Source: Thermococcus kodakarensis KOD1 (GTDB lineage: Archaea > Methanobacteriota_B > Thermococci > Thermococcales > Thermococcaceae). From it: DNA of 32,000 bases. Below are positions 9,496 through 18,157 of the stretch, piece after piece (positions within the stretch are counted from its first letter, which is position 1; each line of letters opens with the position of its first letter). The position numbers were made by a program, and so were the translations under genes. The notes beneath the pieces were generated by a model that did not search any database, had not been told where the DNA came from, and worked only from the letters and a program-made list of their open reading frames with translations. The stretch is taken from NCBI RefSeq assembly GCF_000009965.1, contig NC_006624.1, forward strand, positions 660,001-692,000, given 5' to 3'.

Positions 9496-9741
9496 AGGAC
9501 GAACGAAGAGCCAGAGACAATAGTCAGCGTTGCTATCCAGCATGCCGATGAGCTTGCAAAGGGTGAGAACGTTAAGGAAGCCGTTAAAGAGGTCATCATA
9601 AAGCTCGCTGGCAATCTGCCGATTGACGTTGAGAGGGTTGTCGATGAGATATACTCAGGCAAGAGTGCCAGTGAGATAGCGCTGGAGCTTTACAGGGAAG
9701 GAGTTGACGAGAAGCTCGACGATGTAGACGCCCCAAAAGAG

Positions 9742-11925
9742 GTGAAAGACGCCCTCAGAGAGGTTCTCCTGGCGGTCGCCGAGAACTATCCAATGAGCGA
9801 AACCGAAATTGAAGAGCTGACGAAGGAGAAAGTGGCTGAGCTCGTTGAAGAATTCATGAAAGACACCGAAAGCAAACTCGGAATGAGGATTGACCCGGCT
9901 AAACTCGCAGAGATAGCGTTCAAATTCAAAGACAACCCAGAAGGGATGGACAGGGAAGACGTTGCACCCGTCGAGAAGGACGTCTACACAGCCCTCTACA
10001 ACAAGGCCAAACTCTACATCAACATGCTCAAGAGCGACGACAACAGGACTATGCTGGTTATCTTCGTACCCAAGGCTCTCAAAGGGGTTAACGACCTCGA
10101 AAAGCAGAGCAAGTTCCAGTACGAGAACTCGATAAAGGCCAAGGAGGTCGCCCTGAAGGAGTTCGGAAAGCTCTCGCCTTCTGTTGAGGTATATGTAACG
10201 GGAACTCCGATCCAGACCTACGAGGCAATCAAGTACGGAAAGGAGGACAACGACAAGACCACCAAGTTCAGCATCGCAGGAGCGTTCATAGTCCTCCTCA
10301 TTCTTATGGGAGTGGCCTTTCTGGCGACTCTACTCCCTTTCACTGGCGTCGCAACGGCCACACTCACGGCCCTTGGAATCCTCTACCTCCTGGCAAAGGG
10401 TGACATACTGGATGTCGGCAGCTGGGCGCAGATGCTCACCGTAACGACCGCTCTCGGCCTTGGAATTGACTACTCGACCTACTACCTCCACAGGTTTAGG
10501 GAATACCTCGCTGAGGGCTACGACCACAACAAGGCCGCGAGCGAGGCCCTCAAGAGGGCAAAGGACGCCGTTCTGGCGAGCGCTTCAACCGACATCATAG
10601 CCTTCGCCAGCTTCGTCCTTGCCTACGAGTTCCCGATATTCAAGACAATGGGTATCATAGCCCCTCTCGCGGTGATAGTCGTCCTCCTGGCGAGCTTAAC
10701 CTTCATCCCGTCAATAACCGTTCTCATCGGTGACAAGCCGATCTTCTGGTGGCCAAGACACATCGAGCACCACCTTGAGAACATCGACCTCCACGAGAGA
10801 AGCAGGATAGCGGAGTGGGCCGTGAAGCACGCCAAAGTCGTAACAATTATAGCCCTCCTCATAGCGGTTCCCGCTGCTTACAACTTCGTAAACTTCAATG
10901 GAACCCATGACATCAAGCTATTCATCCCGAAGGACAGCGAGACCTATCACTTCCTCCAGCTCAGCGAGGACACCGTTGGAGCGGGAGTTACCTCCCCGAC
11001 CTATGTCGTCATCGACCTTGGGCATAAGGTAAGCGACTCTGATCTGGCGAGGATAAACGAGCTGGTTGACAGGATATCAAAGGTCAGCGGCGTCAGGTAC
11101 GTCTACACCATCACCCAGCCGTTCGGAGAGAGAATTGACAACGCGACCCTGGATGAGCTCACGAAGTTCGAGGGAGACCGCTACATCTCAAAGGACAGGC
11201 ACAAGGTCCTCATTCAGGTGACGGGTGAGTACGGAGCAACCGACGACCGCTCGAAGGACATGGTTAGGGAGATTAGGAGCATCGTTGAGGACGAGAAGGA
11301 CTCGAGAAAAATAGCTGACGGAATGGTCGGAGGAAACACCGCCTTGGCCCTTGACCTCAGCAACCTCATCAACGACGTCTTCTGGCACAGGATATTCCCT
11401 GTGGCGCTGCTCCTGATGTTCCTGTCGCTAATCCCGACGCTCAAGGGACTTCCAGCGGTCATAACGACCATGGGTACAATAGCGGCAGGCGTGCTCCTCA
11501 GCATCGGTGTCTCCAGCTGGCTCTTCGAGAAGGTCTTTGGACAGCAGGTCATGTGGTTCCTGCCCATGCTGGTCTTCATAGTGCTCATGGGAGTCGGCAT
11601 TGACTACAACAGCTTCTATCTAGTTAAGGCCAGGGACGAGTTCGAGCGCAGGAAGCCCGAGGAGGCCCTGATAGTCGCCGCTGGAACCATGGATACCCTC
11701 GTCGTTGGCCTTGCGGCAGTGCTCGCGGCCACCTACGGCTCCCTGATGACAGGGGCGACGTGGGGCATAAGGGAGATAGGCTTTGCCCTCGCCCTCGGAG
11801 TGCTCCTTACGGCGACGGCAGTGGTCTACTTCATCGGGCCAGCAACCATGGCCCTCTTCGGAGAGAAGGCCTGGTGGCCGCTGTTCAATAACAGGGAAAA
11901 AGTGTCTCCGAGGAGAAGAAAGTAA
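9742..11925 (+). CDS. MMPL/RND-superfamily exporter, 3' fragment (two 5-6-TM bundles), in the same frame as the upstream ORF
   Basis: Two MMPL-type bundles are present, with GLGIDYSTYYLHRFRE and GVGIDYNSFYLVKARDE. The track start is a GTG at 9742, but the frame is open without any stop from 9496, directly after the TGA of the upstream ORF. No ATG or RBS is evident at 9742. Confidence 0.85.
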   Translation: MKDALREVLLAVAENYPMSETEIEELTKEKVAELVEEFMKDTESKLGMRIDPAKLAEIAFKFKDNPEGMDREDVAPVEKDVYTALYNKAKLYINMLKSDDNRTMLVIFVPKALKGVNDLEKQSKFQYENSIKAKEVALKEFGKLSPSVEVYVTGTPIQTYEAIKYGKEDNDKTTKFSIAGAFIVLLILMGVAFLATLLPFTGVATATLTALGILYLLAKGDILDVGSWAQMLTVTTALGLGIDYSTYYLHRFREYLAEGYDHNKAASEALKRAKDAVLASASTDIIAFASFVLAYEFPIFKTMGIIAPLAVIVVLLASLTFIPSITVLIGDKPIFWWPRHIEHHLENIDLHERSRIAEWAVKHAKVVTIIALLIAVPAAYNFVNFNGTHDIKLFIPKDSETYHFLQLSEDTVGAGVTSPTYVVIDLGHKVSDSDLARINELVDRISKVSGVRYVYTITQPFGERIDNATLDELTKFEGDRYISKDRHKVLIQVTGEYGATDDRSKDMVREIRSIVEDEKDSRKIADGMVGGNTALALDLSNLINDVFWHRIFPVALLLMFLSLIPTLKGLPAVITTMGTIAAGVLLSIGVSSWLFEKVFGQQVMWFLPMLVFIVLMGVGIDYNSFYLVKARDEFERRKPEEALIVAAGTMDTLVVGLAAVLAATYGSLMTGATWGIREIGFALALGVLLTATAVVYFIGPATMALFGEKAWWPLFNNREKVSPRRRK

Positions 11926-12000
11926 TTTGATCGTTATGATTTTTATTTATCTTTTTGGTTCTTTATAAAATACTCTTCTCGTAACTATATATCAAAAGTA

Positions 12001-12014
12001 AAATTTTTAAATAG
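12001..12014 (+). promoter_or_regulatory. TATA-like box for the OLD-family gene
   Basis: AAATTTTTAAATAG lies about 32-45 nt upstream of the ATG at 12046. GGTGA at 12036-12040 is placed as an RBS. Confidence 0.4.
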
Positions 12015-12045
12015 AGACCCATGGATATACCTACTGGTGAAGTTT

Positions 12046-13992
12046 ATGAGATTATTAAAGTTAATCGGATTAAAAATTAGGAACTATAGGTCCATTAAAG
12101 AGCTTCCTTTAAACGATGAATACTTAATGGTTGAAAATTTTGTCACGATAATCGGAAAAAATGATGCTGGGAAATCAAATATTTTGAACGCAATTAGGAT
12201 AGTTCTAGAAGAGGATAAAGTAACCAAAGATGATTTTCATAAGGGTACCAATGAAAACATTGAAATTTCATTGATATTTGATGCCACAGAAAATACGGAG
12301 ATTATGCATATCATAAACCATGATTCTAATGAAACTGCAAAGGGACTGGGGGCATTTTTCAGTAGATATAACAACAAGAGTTCTACAAATACTAAAATAA
12401 AAATAAAAAAGATTTTTGAAAAAGATAAACTTAATTCACGAAATTATAAAGGAGATACTATTGTAGAATATTTTGATGAGGATAAGAACAAATGGGTTAA
12501 AATTAAAGATAAAAAACTCATTAATACCATATTAAATGATCTTCCAGAGGTCATTTACATTCCGGCTATTAGAGATGCAATTGCAGAAACAACTCAAAAA
12601 TCTGGTTTTTTAATGTCAAAGCTTCTTTTGCCACTTTTAGAAAAACAAAATAAAAGCAATTCTAATGAAGAAAATGGAAAAGAAAAGCAGAGAAGTATAA
12701 CAGAGCTAAAGAAAGAATTGCAAAATCTGATTAGCAGAGAGTCTAAGAAGCTCACTAAAAAAATTTTGAAGGAATTAACTGTATTCAATAGTTCAATTGA
12801 AGAGATAAAAATTGAGCCTAATAAAGTTCAAATTAACTTTAGTCCTAAAATACAAATCAAAGATAAATACTTGCCAGATAGTGTTCCTCTCGAGCAAAGG
12901 GGAGCTGGATTGAGAAGTGAATTTCTCTTGGCAATGTTCAGAATATGGGCAGAAGTCGGTGCAGGAAAAGGTTATATACTTCTATTTGAAGAGCCAGAGC
13001 TATATTTACATCCCGAAGCTCAGAAAAAAATGTTCTCTGCATTAAAACGCATAAGCAATGAGGCTCAAGTTTTGATAACAACCCATTCAACAATATTTGT
13101 GGACAGAAGTGATTTAAAGTCAATATGGCTTATACGAAGAGAGAATGGGGAGACAAAGATTACAACATTCGAAAAGCCTAAGGTATTATCTGAGATCCTT
13201 GAAGAAATTGGGGCAACTCCCAGTGATCTGTTTTTATCCAATGGGGTCATATACGTCGAAGGAAAAACAGAGATTAAGGTATTTAGTAAAATTGCAAAGG
13301 CTATATGCCCCAAGTGGGAAGAGTACAATATTTCAATTGTTAGTTTAGGAGGAGGCAACATCCGAGATTTATCCGAAACGCTGTTATTCAATGGTCTTGC
13401 TTCACTAAATCCGAATGGAGTTGTTGTAATTGATTCAGATGGAGAGCAAGAAGATAAGAAGAGTGGAGGTTGTAAACCAAAACCTGAAAAGCTTAAGATA
13501 AAAGAAAACTTCGAGCAATATGGGCTCACGGTTCATATCCTTCAAAGAAGAGAGATTGAAAACTACATTCCTCTTAATATTCTTGAAAAGTATTTCATAG
13601 AGGGATACATTAAATCGAAATATATAACCAAAATTGGGGATCAGCAGCTTAAAGTCAACAAAATTAAGAGTAAAGAGTATTTCAAAAAACAATATCTCAA
13701 ATATTTCAAAAGAATGGAGTCTAATTTGAGAGAGATAGAGAGAAAACAAAACATGATTAGGGCAATAAATAGAGTATCACCCTGTGAGGACATCCTTAAG
13801 AAGATTGACGAGCTCTTATATACTAAAAAACATAAAAAATGGGATCGCAAAAAAGCCGAAATAACTCCCAAATTATTTGAAATGATGATCAAAGAGAAAA
13901 AAGCTCCACTTGAGTTTAAAGAGATACTAGAAGAGGCAATAAGAAAATGCGGATTTGAGCCAGAATTTAGCGACGAATTTGAGTACATTTAA
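12046..13992 (+). CDS. OLD-family ATP-dependent nuclease (ABC-type ATPase + Toprim), solitary
   Basis: The N-terminus MRLLKLIGLKIRNYRSIKEL is typical of AAA_15/OLD proteins. Walker A is GKNDAGKS (12154-12177), followed by a K/E-rich helical insert. Walker B is ILLFEEPELYLHP (about 12976-13014) and the H-loop is LITTHS. The Toprim Glu is in VIYVEGKTE (13258-13260), DxD is in VVVIDSDGE (13432-13440), and REIENYIP follows. A Lys-rich tail of about 150 aa has no family I recognise. Confidence 0.85.
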   Translation: MRLLKLIGLKIRNYRSIKELPLNDEYLMVENFVTIIGKNDAGKSNILNAIRIVLEEDKVTKDDFHKGTNENIEISLIFDATENTEIMHIINHDSNETAKGLGAFFSRYNNKSSTNTKIKIKKIFEKDKLNSRNYKGDTIVEYFDEDKNKWVKIKDKKLINTILNDLPEVIYIPAIRDAIAETTQKSGFLMSKLLLPLLEKQNKSNSNEENGKEKQRSITELKKELQNLISRESKKLTKKILKELTVFNSSIEEIKIEPNKVQINFSPKIQIKDKYLPDSVPLEQRGAGLRSEFLLAMFRIWAEVGAGKGYILLFEEPELYLHPEAQKKMFSALKRISNEAQVLITTHSTIFVDRSDLKSIWLIRRENGETKITTFEKPKVLSEILEEIGATPSDLFLSNGVIYVEGKTEIKVFSKIAKAICPKWEEYNISIVSLGGGNIRDLSETLLFNGLASLNPNGVVVIDSDGEQEDKKSGGCKPKPEKLKIKENFEQYGLTVHILQRREIENYIPLNILEKYFIEGYIKSKYITKIGDQQLKVNKIKSKEYFKKQYLKYFKRMESNLREIERKQNMIRAINRVSPCEDILKKIDELLYTKKHKKWDRKKAEITPKLFEMMIKEKKAPLEFKEILEEAIRKCGFEPEFSDEFEYI

Positions 13993-14039
13993 TGTTTTTA
14001 GTTCAATATCCTTTTAAACGCTGAATTTTAGCTTTTAAC

Positions 14040-14918
14040 ATGAACATCTACGAGATGCTCGCGCTCATAGCATTCGGATACGTTCTCAAGCGTCTGTTTA
14101 AGTCTGAGAAGCCCTTTGACTACATCCGAATCCTCACAAACGACATTCTTCTGGCCTTCTTCGTCTTCGGCAACGTCGCGAGCAAGGATTTGGGATACTT
14201 ACTCAGCATAAAGACGGTTTTCATCTACGTCTTTCTCGTAATAGGCATAAGTCTTGGCTCCTCTTACCTCTACGGCAGGTTCGTTCTCAAAAACGACCCC
14301 TGGGCTGGTGCACTCATGGTTCTCTCGGTTTACCCGAACACCGCGGCCCTAGGCTTCCCGATAGCGAGCCTCTTCTTGGACGACATAACCCCCGCAATTC
14401 TCTACTCAACAACCAACAGCCTCATCGTAATCCCGATAGTGACGTTCATAGCGGCCCACTACTCCAGCGGCGGTGCTTCACTAAGGAGGAGCATCGAAAA
14501 GGCCCTGAAGTTCCCGCCGACAGTCGCCAACCTGCTTGCCCTCGCCCTTGTGATAGCTGGAATCCGCCTTCCGGGCTGGATCATCGAGCCCATTAAGACG
14601 ATCGGCTGGTGGAGCATCCCGCTCCTGATAATCTACTTCGGCTCGCGGATAACCCTCAGCAGGTTCGAGCTCAGGAAGTTCCTCGAAGTGGGGGCCTTTA
14701 GGATAGCGATTCCATTCATCTTCGTCTTCCTCACCCTCAGGAACGCCAGCCCAGAGGTTTTCTACTCGGTTCTGGTCGAGGCCAGCATGCCGCCGGCGAT
14801 AGCCGCCAATGCGATTCTTGCACAGTACCAGCTGAAGGCTGAGGAGGCAATAAGCGTTACCTTTGTCCTTACTCTCATCGTTATCGGCCTCTTCATGGCC
14901 TTAAAGGCTCTTCTCTGA
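14040..14918 (+). CDS. AEC-family (auxin efflux carrier-like) membrane transporter
   Basis: 292 aa and polytopic. The start MNIYEMLALIAFGYVLKR... and the two-repeat hydrophobic architecture are typical of the membrane-transport (AEC) family. The TATA-like box CCTTTTAAAC is at 14010-14019. Confidence 0.8.
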   Translation: MNIYEMLALIAFGYVLKRLFKSEKPFDYIRILTNDILLAFFVFGNVASKDLGYLLSIKTVFIYVFLVIGISLGSSYLYGRFVLKNDPWAGALMVLSVYPNTAALGFPIASLFLDDITPAILYSTTNSLIVIPIVTFIAAHYSSGGASLRRSIEKALKFPPTVANLLALALVIAGIRLPGWIIEPIKTIGWWSIPLLIIYFGSRITLSRFELRKFLEVGAFRIAIPFIFVFLTLRNASPEVFYSVLVEASMPPAIAANAILAQYQLKAEEAISVTFVLTLIVIGLFMALKALL

Positions 14919-14963
14919 CCGATGCCTTTTTAGTCCTTCGATGGATTTTTGAACGGTGATAAC

Positions 14964-15977
14964 ATGGAGCGCGTCGTTGAGATTCTGAAGGAGATACTTG
15001 AGATACCGTCCCCAACAGGCTACACAAGGGAAGTTATGGAGCACATTGAGAAAAAGCTTACCGAGGCAGGGATTAAGACCTACTACACCAACAAGGGCGC
15101 CCTGATAGCGGGCAACCACCCCGAGCCTGAACTCGTGATTGCGGCACACGTTGACACTCTAGGTGCGATGGTAAAGGGCATCCTCCCCGACGGACATCTG
15201 AGCTTCACGAGAATAGGCGGCCTTCTCCTTCCTGCCTTCGAGGGGGAGTACTGCACGATAATCACCCGCTCAGGAAAGCGCTACCGCGGGACGCTCCTCC
15301 TCAAGAACCCGAGCGTTCACGTGAACAAAGAGGCAGGAAAGAAGGAGAGAACAGAGGAGAACATGTACATCCGCCTCGATGCAGAGGTGGAGAAGAAAGA
15401 AGACACTGAAAAGCTCGGCATAAGGCCCGGCGACTTCATTGCCTTCGACCCGAAGTTCGAGTACGTGAACGGCTTCGTCAAGGCCCACTTCTTGGACGAC
15501 AAGGCGAGCGTGGCAGTGCTAATTGACCTCATGCTCGACCTTAGTCAGACCCTTGAAAAGCTCCCGGTTGCGTTCTTCTTCTCGCCGTACGAGGAGGTCG
15601 GCCACGGCGGTTCGGCAGGCTATCCCAAGAGCACGAAGGAACTCCTAGTCGTTGATATGGGAGTAGTTGGCGAAGGCGTGGCTGGAAAGGAGACGGCCGT
15701 CTCAATAGCGGCCAAAGATTCGAGCGGCCCCTACGACTACGAGATGACGACCAAACTAATCGAACTTGCCGAGAAGAGGGGAATCCCTTACACCGTGGAC
15801 GTCTTCCCATACTACGGCTCGGACGGGAGCGCGGCCTTGAGGGCTGGCTGGGACTTCAGGGTTGCCCTCATCGGCCAGGGAGTCCACGCCAGCCACGGCA
15901 TGGAGAGAACACACGTTAAGGGAATGCTCGCCACGAAGGAGCTGATAAGGGCATACATCGAGGAGAAGTTCCTCTGA
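14964..15977 (+). CDS. M42-family metallopeptidase (TET/FrvX-like aminopeptidase paralog)
   Basis: The sequence runs MERVVEILKEILEIPSPTGYTREV..., ...VIAAHVDTLGAMV..., ...FLDDKASVAVL..., ...PYEEVGHGGS.... The ATG at 14964 is preceded by GGTGA; the track's 14949 is a TTG. Confidence 0.88.
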   Translation: MERVVEILKEILEIPSPTGYTREVMEHIEKKLTEAGIKTYYTNKGALIAGNHPEPELVIAAHVDTLGAMVKGILPDGHLSFTRIGGLLLPAFEGEYCTIITRSGKRYRGTLLLKNPSVHVNKEAGKKERTEENMYIRLDAEVEKKEDTEKLGIRPGDFIAFDPKFEYVNGFVKAHFLDDKASVAVLIDLMLDLSQTLEKLPVAFFFSPYEEVGHGGSAGYPKSTKELLVVDMGVVGEGVAGKETAVSIAAKDSSGPYDYEMTTKLIELAEKRGIPYTVDVFPYYGSDGSAALRAGWDFRVALIGQGVHASHGMERTHVKGMLATKELIRAYIEEKFL

Positions 15978-16044
15978 TTGGTCTTTCCAAATTTTTATCA
16001 CATTTGCCGAAAAGCTTAAATTGATTCTCAACAGAATCATTCTC

Positions 16045-17301
16045 ATGAGAATTATTCCCAGAAGAATTGAAATGAAAACCCTAAGATATCCAGGCTGGAA
16101 GATGCTCTACGGCCGCAGAAAAACAGGGAAGAGCTTTATAGCAAGCAGGTTCTTAGATCACGACCTCTATTACTTTGTACAGCGAGATGGAGCCATCCTT
16201 GAGAGGAGGAGTGGTGCAAGGTTATCATATCAGGAACTGCTGAAAGAGCTATCCAAGAACCTTGGGGAGAAAACAATCGTTATTGATGAGTTCCATAGAC
16301 TCCCTGAGGACTTCCTCGATTTCCTGCACGCAAACGCTGGGAGAAGTGAAAAGGATCTGGTTCTCCTCACGTCAACGCTCTGGCTCTCACTGCGGCTTCT
16401 CTCCAAAAAGGAAAGTCCCTTACTTGGGGTAGTGCTGCCGATAAAAATCGGACTTATTGACGAGAGAGAAGTTATCATCGAGCTTTCAAAGGAAGTGAGT
16501 GGAAAAGAGCTTGTGGAAGCTTCCACGTATCTTAGAGAACCTATGCTTGTTCCCCTTTACAAGCCACCACTGAGGGAGTTCATGGCTCAATACCTGTACT
16601 CATCAGGGCCGGTCGTTGAAGATTTAATCGGCGAGGCTTTCACTGAAGAAGAAATCCTGTTTTCTGAGGTTTATCGAGCGATTCTCCACGCAGTAGCGGA
16701 TGGAAAGTCCAAGAGCGGCGAGATAGCGAGCTACCTGGTGTCCCAGGGACTTCTTGACTCGCCCTCAAGCATCCAGAAGTACCTCAAAGTTCTCTCCACA
16801 ATGGACATCATACGGAAAGTTCCCATCTTCCGAAAACGCAGGAGGTTCAGTTACTCCATAGCATCCCCCCTGCTGGATTTGCACTTCTACCTCAGCTCCA
16901 AGTACGCGTACACCGAGCTGGAAACCCCACTTGAGTTCATAAGGAGTGCCGTTAATGAGAAAGTCCCGAGACACGTTGAAAAATACATCGAGAGCCTGCT
17001 GGGAAAGGTATACGGGCTCAGACCAGTTAGAATCGAAGAACCTGACCTTGAAGTGGACATAGCCCTTCAGGGCTTCAAGCGTCTTGAGCTAGTGGGGGAA
17101 GTGAAATGGAAGAGCAGGGTAAAGAGAGAGGAAGTTTGGAAAATCGAGGAAAAGCTTTCAAGGTTCAACTGTAGAAAAGTGCTCGTCGTTCCCGATGAAA
17201 GCGTCCTTGAGTCAGAGCCAAAAACCGTTGAAGTGCTCACCCCAGAGGATCTCTTGACTCTCGCCCAGAAAAGCCTGAGAAAGGAGCTCGGGGAAGAATG
17301 A
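16045..17301 (+). CDS. AAA+ ATPase of the archaeal ATPase / DUF234 family
   Basis: The P-loop YGRRKTGKS lies near the N-terminus, Walker B is TIVIDEFHRL, and the C-terminal winged-helix/DUF234-like region is ...EIASYL...KYLKVL..MDIIRK. The start is uncertain between ATG 16045 and ATG 16072; the track's 16021 is a TTG. Confidence 0.78.
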   Translation: MRIIPRRIEMKTLRYPGWKMLYGRRKTGKSFIASRFLDHDLYYFVQRDGAILERRSGARLSYQELLKELSKNLGEKTIVIDEFHRLPEDFLDFLHANAGRSEKDLVLLTSTLWLSLRLLSKKESPLLGVVLPIKIGLIDEREVIIELSKEVSGKELVEASTYLREPMLVPLYKPPLREFMAQYLYSSGPVVEDLIGEAFTEEEILFSEVYRAILHAVADGKSKSGEIASYLVSQGLLDSPSSIQKYLKVLSTMDIIRKVPIFRKRRRFSYSIASPLLDLHFYLSSKYAYTELETPLEFIRSAVNEKVPRHVEKYIESLLGKVYGLRPVRIEEPDLEVDIALQGFKRLELVGEVKWKSRVKREEVWKIEEKLSRFNCRKVLVVPDESVLESEPKTVEVLTPEDLLTLAQKSLRKELGEE

Positions 17302-17308
17302 AGCTTTC

Positions 17309-18157
17309 TCACTCCCCCATCAGCTTCTCTATCAGCTTTGCCTTCTCCTGGGCCTTGCGGAGATGTTCCACTGTTACCTTGGTGTATATCTGGGTAGTTG
17401 AGAGGTTCGAGTGGCCGAGAAGCTCCTGTATGGCCCTTATATCCACCCCTTCCTCAAGTAGGTGAGTCGCGAAGCTGTGGCGGAGCTTGTGTGGCGTTAC
17501 CTCAACCCCAGCTTTCTGGCCGTAGCGCTTGAGGAGGTACCACACGTTCCTTGTTGAGAGCTTATCCTTCCTCCTTCTTCTGTCCTCGACGAGGAGGTAT
17601 TCGCTCTCATCGGAGCGGCTCTCGAGGTAGGCCCTTATCTCGTCGGCGAGGTACTTCGGGATTGGCACGACCCTGTCCTTCGCTCCCTTTCCGCCCCTTA
17701 CCACTATTAGCCCTCTGTCGAGGTCAACGTCGTCCTTTTTGAGGTTGCACAGCTCGCTAACGCGCAATCCAGCGCCGTAGAGGAGAAGAACAATGAGCCT
17801 GTCTCTCTTCCTTGTTGGCGGTATAACAGAGAGAAGCCGCTTAACCTCCTCCCTAGTGAGTGCTTTCGGCAGGCTCCTCGGGACTTTGGGAGGCTTCAGC
17901 CTCTCGGCTTCATCGTCAAGGCCCTCAAACCGAAAGTAGGCCCTCAACGCCTGGACGACGAGGTTGAGGCTCCTGTTAGAGTAGCCGTTTTTCCTCAGAT
18001 GGGCAAGAAATCGGAGGGCGGAGTGGGCGTTCAGATCGCCGCCCCACTCAAGGTATCGCCTAACGTAGTAAGTGTACATCCTGATGGTATGGGGGCTTTT
18101 ACCCTCAAGGTCCAGATAGGTCTCGAACTCCTCAATGACCTCGTTCGGCTCACTCAT
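17309..18157 (-). CDS. xerA: tyrosine recombinase XerA
   Basis: 282 aa. The N-terminal SAM-like domain is [28 protein letters not shown]. The catalytic residues sit in GLRVSEL (Arg), [12 protein letters not shown] (His-x-x-Arg), LLGHS and the nucleophile Tyr in TQIYTKV. Confidence 0.92.
   Translation of the reverse strand: MSEPNEVIEEFETYLDLEGKSPHTIRMYTYYVRRYLEWGGDLNAHSALRFLAHLRKNGYSNRSLNLVVQALRAYFRFEGLDDEAERLKPPKVPRSLPKALTREEVKRLLSVIPPTRKRDRLIVLLLYGAGLRVSELCNLKKDDVDLDRGLIVVRGGKGAKDRVVPIPKYLADEIRAYLESRSDESEYLLVEDRRRRKDKLSTRNVWYLLKRYGQKAGVEVTPHKLRHSFATHLLEEGVDIRAIQELLGHSNLSTTQIYTKVTVEHLRKAQEKAKLIEKLMGE

Noticed and set aside
15983-16000. A shared TTCCAAATTTTTAT-like sequence after both M42 peptidase genes (15983-16000 and 21772-21790)
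   Set aside because: It looks like the generic BRE/TATA consensus of the downstream genes' promoters rather than a specific repeat. The similarity does not extend beyond the A/T box.
16032-16071. AGAAT/ATTCT palindromic repeats (AGAATCATTCT, GAGAATTATTC, GAAGAATTG) upstream of the DUF234 ATPase
   Set aside because: They lie between the two candidate start codons and may simply be coding sequence (RIILMRIIPRRIE). Without a mapped start I cannot support a regulatory call.
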